Source: Candidatus Campbellbacteria bacterium
GTDB lineage: Bacteria; Patescibacteriota; Minisyncoccia; Phycocordibacterales; EsbW-18
Assembly (NCBI GenBank): GCA_045863475.1
Contig: BTUR01000003.1
Coordinates: 8,647 to 72,646 of the forward strand
Length of the DNA: 64,000 nucleotides
Direction: 5' to 3'
Position 1 is the stretch's first letter. Each line of letters starts with the position of its first letter. Positions 18,978 to 27,539 of the stretch are shown piece by piece. The notes under the pieces are model-generated. The model did no database searches. It was not told the origin of the DNA and saw nothing but the letters and a program-made list of their open reading frames with translations. The position numbers were made by a program, and so were the translations under genes.

Positions 18978-19478
18978 ATGAAAATTTACGTAACCGGTAT
19001 TTCCGGATCAGGTAAAACTAGTATCGCTCGACTTCTTAATGAGCACGGTGTATCGGCCGTCGATATTGATGAAATTAGCCACTGGGAAAATAAAGGGACA
19101 AAAGAAAGAACGGGATGGGACCACGATAAGAGCGACGAATGGTACGCGACACATGAGTGGATTTGTGATATTCAGAAACTGAAAGAGGTGCTTCTGTCAT
19201 CAGAGCATATTGTGGTTGTTGGACACGCGGCCAATCAAGAGGAGTACTTTCCTCTTTTCGATAAATCGTACGTGCTCCTGTGTAGCCCTGAGACCATTGT
19301 TGCGCGTCTAAACGCGAGAACGGATAATGATTTTGGAAAACACCCTGCCGATCAAAAGAGAATCCTTGGTTGGCAAAAAAGCTTTGAATCTGAAATGATC
19401 GAGAAGGGCGCAGAGCCACTAGACGCGGAGCGACCCTTAGAAGAAGTTATTGCGGATATCCGTTCAAATTTTTCATAA
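18978..19478 (+). CDS. stand-alone P-loop kinase, paralog of the kinase domain of 15717..16883
   Basis: Walker A GISGSGKTS. Shares W..C[DI]I[QE]KLKEVL and PLFDK..LL.CSPET.V.R motifs with the kinase-CYTH fusion. Confidence 0.6.
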   Translation: MKIYVTGISGSGKTSIARLLNEHGVSAVDIDEISHWENKGTKERTGWDHDKSDEWYATHEWICDIQKLKEVLLSSEHIVVVGHAANQEEYFPLFDKSYVLLCSPETIVARLNARTDNDFGKHPADQKRILGWQKSFESEMIEKGAEPLDAERPLEEVIADIRSNFS

Positions 19479-19521
19479 AAACGACGATTTCAAAACGATT
19501 CTGTAGGGCTAGTAAGTAAAT

Positions 19522-20022
19522 ATGTCAAAACTTTACATCATGAGTGGCGTTGGTTTTTCTGGAAAGTCGACGCTCGCAAAGAAAATCGCAGAATATACTG
19601 GAGCTATTCTTGTCAGTCAAGACGGGCTTTTCTTTGAAAAGGAGAAGGAGTTGGGTATCGACCAAGATAGTGATGAACAGTGGCGCATGCTTCTTGATAT
19701 GTGTCTCGAACGGATCCGTCAACTTCTCTCGGAGGGAAAATCGGTGGTGTTTGATAACACAAACACTCGTCACCAGCATCGCGAAGAAGTTCGGCAAGTT
19801 GCTCTGGCTACTGACGCAGAACCCATTGTTGTTTTTCTCGATACACCAATCGAGGTTCAGAAAGAGAGACAGGAAAGAAATCGAATCACTAAAGAGCGGC
19901 ACGACGTGAAGCAGGAATATCTCGACCAAGCAATCGCAGAACTGGAGGTTCCCGGAGAAGATGAGAACGTGCGAGTCTTTAAGCCAGACACAAAGTTGAG
20001 CACTTTTCTTGAAAGTCTCTAA
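19522..20022 (+). CDS. P-loop kinase, polynucleotide-kinase/AAA_33-like
   Basis: Walker A SGVGFSGKSTLAKK and a DNTNTRHQHR motif (DxTN as in T4 Pnk-type kinases). 166 aa. Confidence 0.55.
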   Translation: MSKLYIMSGVGFSGKSTLAKKIAEYTGAILVSQDGLFFEKEKELGIDQDSDEQWRMLLDMCLERIRQLLSEGKSVVFDNTNTRHQHREEVRQVALATDAEPIVVFLDTPIEVQKERQERNRITKERHDVKQEYLDQAIAELEVPGEDENVRVFKPDTKLSTFLESL

Positions 20023-20029
20023 TAATCCT

Positions 20030-20578
20030 ATGCATAAGGCAGAACCACCACAAGAACTCTTGCAATGCTATGACGATCAAGGAAGCCCGATTGATTCGAA
20101 AACACGAGCAGAGATAAAAGCTAACCCAGGAACATATTGGTGTGGTGTTGTGAACGTGTGGGTGGTAAATAGTGAGGGACAACTTCTTTGCTCAAAGCGT
20201 TCGAAAGGTCTTTCTGGTAATCCGGGGAAGTGGCAGACATATTTTGGAGGACATATTCCTGCCGGGCTTGGTTTTCGAGAAGCGGCGGTGAAGGAGTTGG
20301 GGGAAGAGACTGGTATTCATTTTGAAGAGAATAGTCTCTTTTTTATCCATCGAGGAAAAGACGATGTGAACAAGAAGTTTTTTGAGAGCTACGCAGTTCG
20401 CTTCAATGGTCAACCGAGCGATCTGGTTTTTACTGACGGAGAGATAACAGAGGCGAGGTGGATGCCTATTGAGGAATATGTTGCTGACGAGGCACAGAAC
20501 CCAGAACGGTGGTGTAATGGGTGCAAACCTGAACGCCGAAAAGCCATTCAAGAGTGGGTTAGTACCTTTCAAAAATAA
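20030..20578 (+). CDS. Nudix hydrolase
   Basis: Nudix box GGHIPAGLGFREAAVKELGEETGI. Confidence 0.8.
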   Translation: MHKAEPPQELLQCYDDQGSPIDSKTRAEIKANPGTYWCGVVNVWVVNSEGQLLCSKRSKGLSGNPGKWQTYFGGHIPAGLGFREAAVKELGEETGIHFEENSLFFIHRGKDDVNKKFFESYAVRFNGQPSDLVFTDGEITEARWMPIEEYVADEAQNPERWCNGCKPERRKAIQEWVSTFQK

Positions 20579-20598
20579 AAACCGTTTCATTAAACATC

Positions 20599-21000
20599 AT
20601 GATCTACCTCTCCTTTTTGTTGAACCTTCCATGGACGCTCATTGGGATCATCTCTGCTTTATTTTCTGTCCCGAGGAGTGTTGAGTTTTCAAAAAATCCT
20701 TTCACGATCACTTTCCGTGTTCGTAGTTTTTGGTGGTACAGATGGCTTCCTGGAAAGCAAGGAGTGCGGGCAATGGTACATGGAAATGTTGTGCAGCTTG
20801 CACCGACGGCAGATGAAAAAGACTTGGAGCACGAACTTGTTCATGTAAAACAGTACGAACGAGCACCACTTATTCACCCACTTCTTTATTTCATTGAAAC
20901 TCTTCGATATGGGTACAAGCAGAACAAGTACGAAGTAGAAGCTTATGAAAAGGCCGGTAATCTTTATTGCTGCCTTAAACCCCCTGCGGTTAAATCTTGA
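20599..21000 (+). CDS. small membrane-associated protein with HExxH motif (putative metalloprotease-like)
   Basis: N-terminal TM helix. EHELVHVKQYE contains HExxH. 133 aa. Confidence 0.35.
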   Translation: MIYLSFLLNLPWTLIGIISALFSVPRSVEFSKNPFTITFRVRSFWWYRWLPGKQGVRAMVHGNVVQLAPTADEKDLEHELVHVKQYERAPLIHPLLYFIETLRYGYKQNKYEVEAYEKAGNLYCCLKPPAVKS

Positions 21001-21069
21001 CAGGTATTCACAGAATGCTACATTGAGCGCGGAGTAACTGAATCCAGAACGCAAACCAGGAGGAATCGC

Positions 21070-21438
21070 ATGAGCCAGCCAGTCGTCGATCTCAACAGTC
21101 TCCCGTTTCGGCCCTCTCGTTCGACCGGTACCGGTCGGACCCACTTCTTCTCGGGACAAGTCGGTCTCAAGGAAGGGAAGCTTGTCGAAGGGGGGTTGGA
21201 AGCGGAGCTTCGGCAAGCGCTCGAGAACATCAAACAGCTCCTGGACGAGCTGAAGATCTCTCGAAGCCAGGTGTGCGACGTGACGGTGTTTCTCGTGGAC
21301 ATGAACGACTACGCGAGGATGAATCACGTGTACGCCGAGTTCTTCGAGGGTCACTACAAGCCCGCACGCACCTGCGTTGCGGTTGCCGCACTTCCGCTTG
21401 GTGCGCGCATCGAGCTCAAGGTGGTGGCAAGCAGCTAG
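21070..21438 (+). CDS. RidA/YjgF/TdcF-family reactive-intermediate deaminase
   Basis: Motifs VTVFLVDMNDYARMNHVYAEFF and PARTCVAVAALPLGARIELK. GC-rich. Confidence 0.8.
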   Translation: MSQPVVDLNSLPFRPSRSTGTGRTHFFSGQVGLKEGKLVEGGLEAELRQALENIKQLLDELKISRSQVCDVTVFLVDMNDYARMNHVYAEFFEGHYKPARTCVAVAALPLGARIELKVVASS

Positions 21439-21531
21439 AAGTTCCCGGAGCTTCACAGAAAAGGAGTCGCACCCAAGACTTATTCTGTGAGGCTCCTTTT
21501 CGTTTTTACGGGCATATTTGGGGCGGGGATC

Positions 21532-21598
21532 GAGAGTACTTTGCATTTTGTCGCGCAGGCGAGCAAAATGCTTAGTAACTCGTGACCGAATCCTAGTC
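21532..21598. repeat. attC-like imperfect palindrome plus tRNA-Gln-3'-end-like core, copy 2
   Basis: Second copy of the 14917-14986 element, ending in GAATCCTAGTCCG. Confidence 0.6.
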
Positions 21599-21716
21599 CG
21601 AGGGTTTCCGAGTTCCGTATGTCCGGCACCCCGAATCGAAGAAGAAAGGCGTACTCGCGGTCCTGGTCCGGCAACGTTGTTAAATAACTAGACGTTAATA
21701 AACTAAAGAGCGAATT

Positions 21717-22286
21717 ATGATAGAGGGGAATTATATAAATCCAATTTTTGTGGCTGGCCCGATAGACCGAGAAAATTTTTATAAACAATTCATGGCTCGT
21801 TTCTCTGAACTTATGCAGAAAACAAAAAGTGGAGACACGATAACTGTATTAATTAATTCTGGAGGAGGAGAAACTCATACCGCACTTGCTATATACGATT
21901 TACTTAAGTCGACAGACAGAACCTGCGTCGGAGTAGTAGCTGGTGTTGCGCAGTCTGGAGCATCATTGATACTTCAGGCTTGTGATAAAAGATTGATTAC
22001 AGAAAACAGTCATATGATGCTACACAGAAGTAATGTTCAGGTATCTGGAAAGATTGTAGATGCTCAATCCAATCTCAATACCTTCAAATCTTTGGATGAT
22101 AAATTTTATGAAATTTATGCACAAAAGGCTGGAGAGCGAGTAGAGAAGATTTCAGAAATGGCCAGCCAAGACAAACACTTTAATGCGGTCGAAGCACTAG
22201 GCGCTGGTTTGGTGGATGAAATTATCAAAGCAGAAGTAAAAAATAAAAAAGCTCTCACATTTATTAACCAAGCCTCAAATAAATGA
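21717..22286 (+). CDS. ClpP-family serine peptidase (S14), stand-alone
   Basis: INSGGGE...AIYD and VAGVAQSGASLIL (catalytic Ser) ... MMLHRS (His). 189 aa in an AT-rich tract. Confidence 0.65.
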   Translation: MIEGNYINPIFVAGPIDRENFYKQFMARFSELMQKTKSGDTITVLINSGGGETHTALAIYDLLKSTDRTCVGVVAGVAQSGASLILQACDKRLITENSHMMLHRSNVQVSGKIVDAQSNLNTFKSLDDKFYEIYAQKAGERVEKISEMASQDKHFNAVEALGAGLVDEIIKAEVKNKKALTFINQASNK

Positions 22287-22500
22287 AACAGAATTTTCCA
22301 GCGCGCTTCAAGATTACTGATGGCAAGGACGTGTATTTTTTGTGTATAAACCACGCCTTACCACAGGGTGTGGTTCCGGACGGCGTAATAATAGAAGAAA
22401 TTCCGGATGAAGCAGGGATACCTTGCAGAAACTGTTCCTCAGATTTTATTGGTAGGTAAGCTGTTTAAAAAGGCTTCAACATCACCCTAAGAAACTAGCA

Positions 22501-23280
22501 ATGAGCTTCAGAAAATATCTTTATATTTTTCTCACCATCCTCCTGATTTCCTTTTCAGGGTTTTGTGTTTTTTTGACTTGGGAGTGGGGTTTTACTCTAG
22601 GAGAAATACAAGGACTATTCAACATAATCGGGTCTGCTTCGTTGGGAATAGCGTTAGCTGCATATTTTTATAAAAAAAGACAAGATGAATTCTCTCTGGC
22701 ATCCGAAATTGTCTCATTTTTTCGAGAAAAGATAGTATACGAAGGCGACTTGGTTAGAAAAAAAATTTACGAAAAGGACAAAGGTTTTATTATTTCTCGA
22801 ATAAAAATTCCCAAAAACTGTACAATCCGTTTACTAAAAGATGACGCAGAACAGTCAGAAAATTTTGAGCGTCAATTAAGAATCTTTTTTGATTCCAATA
22901 AAAATTATCCAGATATTGTTTTGGATACTACAGTCCTCGATAGACAAATTTTTTTATTGAATATGCTGGAAGAGTTTGCTCTTAAAGCACTTACTTTTGA
23001 GGACTACAGTTTTAAGTTTGGGGGATACCATCCGTTAGGTTCACTCAAAAATGCCTTCGTTGAAATAGTAGAGCAAAATGCGGTCGCTCTATTTTTTATG
23101 AGAGATGTGCAAGTCGGAAGTGAAATATACTCATCAATCTTACGTCTGTACGAGATGTGGCACCCTTTGATACCAGGTAATAGTAGCCGTATTAAAAGGC
23201 TTGCGGTTAGTGGGTTGATAAATAAAAAACAGAGAGATGATCTTTACAAAAAAAGAGATAAAAAATTCAACCTGATTTGA
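22501..23280 (+). CDS. hypothetical membrane protein
   Basis: 259 aa, two N-terminal TM helices, AT-rich codon usage. Confidence 0.4.
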   Translation: MSFRKYLYIFLTILLISFSGFCVFLTWEWGFTLGEIQGLFNIIGSASLGIALAAYFYKKRQDEFSLASEIVSFFREKIVYEGDLVRKKIYEKDKGFIISRIKIPKNCTIRLLKDDAEQSENFERQLRIFFDSNKNYPDIVLDTTVLDRQIFLLNMLEEFALKALTFEDYSFKFGGYHPLGSLKNAFVEIVEQNAVALFFMRDVQVGSEIYSSILRLYEMWHPLIPGNSSRIKRLAVSGLINKKQRDDLYKKRDKKFNLI

Positions 23281-23322
23281 AATATTAAGATTTTTCAAAT
23301 CCTGCTTTCTTACCCCCCCCCA

Positions 23323-24198
23323 ATGCCCCTCCTGAAAAAACACATTTTCCTTATCGTTGCACTTACCGTTTTTACGGCCGGCGCGTTGTTCTTTGTACAA
23401 AAAACTCCGTACGTACCCGAGAAATTCCTTACAAACGAGGCACCGACTGTTGCAGAAGACGAAGTTACCACTGTTGCCTCGGTAGAAAAAGAAGTTTCAA
23501 CAGCAACACCGCTTCAGGGAAGCTTTGCGCCGTCAGACGGAGAGCTGACGGTATTTGGAACGATTTTGGAGACGAATAAACATCGCGCTCTCTTTTCTCT
23601 GCCACCACTCTCGTTTAACGCAAAACTCGCCGCTGCGGCGGATGCAAAAGCGCGTGACATGATTGCCCGGCAGTATTTTGAACACGAGTCCCCGGATGGG
23701 ATAGGACCGGACGGTTTGGCGGACGCCGCTGGGTATGACTACCTGGCTGTTGGAGAAAATCTCGCGCTCGGCAACTACGAAGACGACGCGGAGCTTGTTG
23801 CCGCGTGGATGGATTCACCCGGCCACCGCGAAAACATTTTAGGCACGCAGTACACGGAAATCGGTGTTGCGGTTGTGGAGGGTTCGTTTGAGGGTCATCG
23901 CACATGGTTTGCCGTGCAAGAATTCGGACGTCCCGCATCCGATTGTCCGCCGCCGGATACCGTACTTGAAGCGCGTATTGATTCATCGGAGCAGACGCTT
24001 GAGGAAACGGAACGTTTTCTTGAGGAAATGCTCGAAGAGATTGAAAATACCCAGCCGAAACGCGGTTCTGCCTACAATGAAAAGGTGGAGGTGTACAACG
24101 AACTGGTTACCAGCTACAACAAGCTGCTTACCGAGACCAAGGAGCTTATTGCGATATACAACGGGCAGGTGGATGAGTACAACGAGTGCGTGCAGTAG
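23323..24198 (+). CDS. membrane-anchored CAP/SCP (PR-1-like) domain protein
   Basis: N-terminal TM helix. CAP core PGHRENILGTQYTEIGVAVV and HESPDG. C-terminal coiled-coil tail. Confidence 0.75.
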   Translation: MPLLKKHIFLIVALTVFTAGALFFVQKTPYVPEKFLTNEAPTVAEDEVTTVASVEKEVSTATPLQGSFAPSDGELTVFGTILETNKHRALFSLPPLSFNAKLAAAADAKARDMIARQYFEHESPDGIGPDGLADAAGYDYLAVGENLALGNYEDDAELVAAWMDSPGHRENILGTQYTEIGVAVVEGSFEGHRTWFAVQEFGRPASDCPPPDTVLEARIDSSEQTLEETERFLEEMLEEIENTQPKRGSAYNEKVEVYNELVTSYNKLLTETKELIAIYNGQVDEYNECVQ

Positions 24199-24287
24199 GG
24201 TTTTACGTGGGATTGCTTTTTCTGGTTTATAGGGTACTTTGTCGTTCAGAATTCAGCTTGTTCACTAAACTTGAATAGGAGGTCTAG

Positions 24288-24710
24288 ATGCCCGTTATCA
24301 AGTTGTGGTGCTTGCCCGCAGACCAGTCAGAAGACGACCTGCGGAAGGTACATAAGGCAGTAGTCGCGGCAGTGGTCGCCATTCCCGAGCTCTGTCTCAA
24401 GGACGAGACCCAGATGACCTGCCTCTTTCCACCCGACATGATGACCTACGGGTTGGGGGAGGAGATCGTCGTCGAGATTGGCGGGCTCTTCAAGAGAACG
24501 AGTCGAACACCAGAGGTTTGCCAGCGGCTCGCCGAGAGCGTTGGGACTGCGGTGCACAATCTGTACCCCGACGCCAAGGTGGAGTGCTTCGTCCAGACCT
24601 TCAGTCCCAGTGAGGGATTCTGGGAATCGCAGGTCGACCCGAACCCCCATCGTGCTATTCGGCAGATGGAACGATTGTTCCCGAGCCTGAGAGACCAAGG
24701 TGGCAGCTAG
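24288..24710 (+). CDS. hypothetical protein (possible tautomerase-superfamily, Pro1 after initiator Met)
   Basis: MPVIKLW... start and a 140-aa size compatible with a duplicated beta-alpha-beta unit. Weak. Confidence 0.3.
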   Translation: MPVIKLWCLPADQSEDDLRKVHKAVVAAVVAIPELCLKDETQMTCLFPPDMMTYGLGEEIVVEIGGLFKRTSRTPEVCQRLAESVGTAVHNLYPDAKVECFVQTFSPSEGFWESQVDPNPHRAIRQMERLFPSLRDQGGS

Positions 24711-24752
24711 CCGCCGAGAGAGCCGTGCGCTCTCTCGGCGGCTCTTTTGTTT
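24710..24752 (+). terminator. rho-independent terminator
   Basis: GCCGCCGAGAGAGC-CGTGC-GCTCTCTCGGCGGC followed by TCTTTTGTTT. Confidence 0.7.
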
Positions 24753-24779
24753 CTGTTATACTAAACCCCACAAAAACCC

Positions 24780-25709
24780 ATGCTTACCCAACTCTTTATC
24801 TTCGCCGCAGCGCTGTTTCTCGTCGTGAAAGGCGCGACAATGTCCACAAAGCACGCCGAGCGCCTCGCAAAATCTTTCAATCTCTCGGCCTACACGGTGG
24901 GCTTCATTGTGATCGCCATCATCTCCATTCTCCCGGAGACGTTCATCTCCATTAACGCCGTGTTGGAGGGAATTCCTTCGTTTGGTCTCGGCACGCTCCT
25001 CGGCTCTAACGTCGCCGACCTCACGCTCGTGTTCTTCCTCATTGTCTTGCTCTCAGGCAGAAATCTTAAGGTGGAGGGGAAAATTCTTACCGACGACGCG
25101 ATGTATCCGTTTTTGCTTATTATGCCGCTTGTGCTCGGCCTCGACGGATATTTTTCACGGGTTGAAGGTGTCGCGTTGGTGGCGACCGGTGTCTTTTTCT
25201 ACTACCTTGCGCTGAAAAACGGTCATCGTAACGAGGTGTCGGTGCGCAACAAAAAGGAGCAGGTACAAAGTGTCGTTATGCTTCTCATCGGCATGGCGCT
25301 CCTGCTTGTCGGTGCGCACTACTCGGTGACGTCGGCGACGTACTTCGCGGAGCTTTGGGGGGTGAGCCCCGTGCTCATCGGTATGCTTATCGTGGGTCTT
25401 GGCACTGTCATGCCGGAGTTTCTGTTCTCACTGCGCTCGGTGAAAGATCATGACGACGATCTTGCCATTGGGGATTTGCTCGGCACAGTACTCGCGGATG
25501 CGACCATTGTGATAGGTATCATTGCGCTTATGCAGCCGTTTGCGTTTTCCAAGACGATTATCTACGTTGCAGGCGTTTTCATGGTCGCGGCGTGTTTTAT
25601 TCTCTTCTCGTTTATGCGCTCAGGCAGGGCACTGACGAAGAAAGAAGGGTATGCGCTCTTCGTGTTTTGGCTGACGTTTGTGCTTATTGAGTTCATCATC
25701 AATCATTAG
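24780..25709 (+). CDS. Na+/Ca2+ (CaCA family, YrbG-like) exchanger
   Basis: Two alpha-repeats: ISILPETFISI ... GLGTLLGSNVADLTLV and GTVMPEFLFSL ... GDLLGTVLADATIV. About 10 TM helices. Confidence 0.8.
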   Translation: MLTQLFIFAAALFLVVKGATMSTKHAERLAKSFNLSAYTVGFIVIAIISILPETFISINAVLEGIPSFGLGTLLGSNVADLTLVFFLIVLLSGRNLKVEGKILTDDAMYPFLLIMPLVLGLDGYFSRVEGVALVATGVFFYYLALKNGHRNEVSVRNKKEQVQSVVMLLIGMALLLVGAHYSVTSATYFAELWGVSPVLIGMLIVGLGTVMPEFLFSLRSVKDHDDDLAIGDLLGTVLADATIVIGIIALMQPFAFSKTIIYVAGVFMVAACFILFSFMRSGRALTKKEGYALFVFWLTFVLIEFIINH

Positions 25710-25725
25710 TTTTAATCCACACACT

Positions 25726-26448
25726 ATGTCCGCACGACTCTATTCATTTCTTGGAATGTTCACGCTTGTCGCCGTTCTCTCGTTTTCACCGCTGACATCA
25801 CTGCGTGCGCAGGCCGCGGACGCAGTTCTCACCGAAGCACAAAAAGTTGCCCAGCTTGAGCAGTTGATTGAGTCTCTCATTGCGCTTTTGGAGCAGTTGT
25901 ATCCGCAGATAGATTGGAGCGCGTTTGGGACGTCGGATGACGAGGATGAGGATGAGGATGAGGATGATGAGGATGAGGACGAGGACGACCCTGAGCTTTC
26001 AGTGGGCGACCCGGAAGCCGAAGGTTCAGACGGAAACGAGGCGCGAGTGAGCTATACGATTCCGTTTTCTGTCCGCGCATTTGGCGAGGATATGTACGTT
26101 CCGGTGGGTACGACGCGTGCGGATACGGCCTCAACGGCAGTGGGCGTGACGTACGTCATCGAAGACGATACCGGAACGACGTACGCGGGAGGGACTGCGC
26201 TGTCTTCATTTGACGGTGACGGCGAAACAGGGGACACCAATGACTACTACAAACTCAGAAAGGATAAGAGCCGTTTGTTTACGCTCAAGGTTTCGTTTAA
26301 TAATGAGGGAGGAACCATCGGATACTATCGGGCACGCATTGTGGGTATTACCTTTGACGAAGACACGTCGGCGGGCGGGGAATACGCACTGACAGCCGGT
26401 TTGCGAGATTACCGAACGCCTTCGATATACGTCGGCGATACGGAATAA
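25726..26448 (+). CDS. secreted acidic protein (signal peptide, poly-D/E tract, DGDG-type putative Ca-binding motif)
   Basis: Signal peptide MSARLYSFLGMFTLVAVLSF, the run DDEDEDEDEDDEDEDEDD, and FDGDGETGDTNDYY. Confidence 0.5.
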   Translation: MSARLYSFLGMFTLVAVLSFSPLTSLRAQAADAVLTEAQKVAQLEQLIESLIALLEQLYPQIDWSAFGTSDDEDEDEDEDDEDEDEDDPELSVGDPEAEGSDGNEARVSYTIPFSVRAFGEDMYVPVGTTRADTASTAVGVTYVIEDDTGTTYAGGTALSSFDGDGETGDTNDYYKLRKDKSRLFTLKVSFNNEGGTIGYYRARIVGITFDEDTSAGGEYALTAGLRDYRTPSIYVGDTE

Positions 26449-26454
26449 AACACA

Positions 26455-26488
26455 TAATAAAAAACCCCGGCATGCCGGGGTTTTTTAT
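26455..26488. terminator. bidirectional rho-independent terminator between convergent genes
   Basis: AAAAACCCCGGCATGCCGGGGTTTTTT. Confidence 0.7.
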
Positions 26489-26501
26489 TGCTGTGTCCGT
26501 A

Positions 26502-27374
26502 TTAGCGGAGTGCTGCGATTTGTGCCTGGAGCTGTGCAATGAGTTGGAGAATGAGTTTGACGAGCTCAGAGCGAACCTTCAAAACAGCGTCGCTGTTTCC
26601 GGGTCCGGTGTTGTCGTCATCATCCTCATCATCGTCATCGTCAGAATCATCGTCGTCTTCGTCCTCGTCATCATCTTCATCGTCGTCATCATCTGAGTCG
26701 TCGACGTCGAGTTCATCGAGTGCTTCCTCGGCGAGCTCTTCAGCTTCGTCAGCGAGGTCTTCGGCTTCCGCCCAGTCGCCGTCATCAAATGCGTCTTGCG
26801 CGTCTGCAAGAACGTCATTGGCTTCGTCGATGAGGTCTTCTGCATCACCCGTCTCTTCATCGTCGTCCTGCGCGTCTTCAAGCGCCTCTTCCGCGTCGTC
26901 TATCTTGTCCTGCGCGTCGTCAATCGCGTCCTGCGCGGAATCCTCGTCGCTCTCGTCGTTGTCTTCGTCATCGTCGTCGTTGGAGTCTTCGTCCTCAACG
27001 AACGTGACGTCAACGCTGTCGGAGTCGACTTCATCGTCGCCGTCAAAGACGGTGAGTGTGATTTCGGCATCAAACTCGTCGTCCGGATCGTGCGCGATGA
27101 GTGTAATCATCCCCTCATCGTCGTTGTTGTAATTGGCAAACACCTCGTCGTTATCGGTGCAGTCGAAGTCTTCGTCTCCGTCAACTTCGATCTCTGCATC
27201 TTCGGAACACGAGATGGAGAGTTCAACGTCGTACTCTCCGTCGAGTTCCCATGAGACCTCAACTTCACGATCGTTGTTTGACTCCGAGTCGGCATCAAAA
27301 TTCGTGATGCCTGCGGCGCTGACAAACGCAAACGGTGCGAGTGCGAGCGCAAGGAGTAATCCTAGTTTTTTCAT
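26502..27374 (-). CDS. secreted highly acidic low-complexity protein
   Basis: Signal peptide MKKLGLLLALALAPFAFVSAAG, then more than 40% Asp/Glu with VDGDEDFD and FDGDDEVD motifs. The antisense Ser-rich ORF 26539..27132 is a mirror artefact. Confidence 0.55.
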   Translation of the reverse strand: MKKLGLLLALALAPFAFVSAAGITNFDADSESNNDREVEVSWELDGEYDVELSISCSEDAEIEVDGDEDFDCTDNDEVFANYNNDDEGMITLIAHDPDDEFDAEITLTVFDGDDEVDSDSVDVTFVEDEDSNDDDDEDNDESDEDSAQDAIDDAQDKIDDAEEALEDAQDDDEETGDAEDLIDEANDVLADAQDAFDDGDWAEAEDLADEAEELAEEALDELDVDDSDDDDDEDDDEDEDDDDSDDDDDEDDDDNTGPGNSDAVLKVRSELVKLILQLIAQLQAQIAALR

Positions 27375-27539
27375 AGTGGTAAACGTTACTAAGCTACTAA
27401 ACGTACTAATGGCGCACAGTATAGCAAATGGCTATCAGCTCAATGTGCGCGGTGTGGATTCTGCTATACCCCGTGAGATAAAGGGTGTGTAATGGTAGTA
27501 ATAAACATGGTGTCCGGTTATCTCACGGGGTATACTTGA

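Noticed and set aside
20689-21546. 285-aa minus-strand ORF spanning the HExxH and RidA genes
   Set aside because: Antisense open frame produced by a GC-rich region. Both sense genes have clear family motifs.
26539-27132. Ser-rich 197-aa plus-strand ORF
   Set aside because: Mirror image of the poly-Asp/Glu gene on the minus strand (GAC/GAT codons read as TCx on the opposite strand). An artefact.
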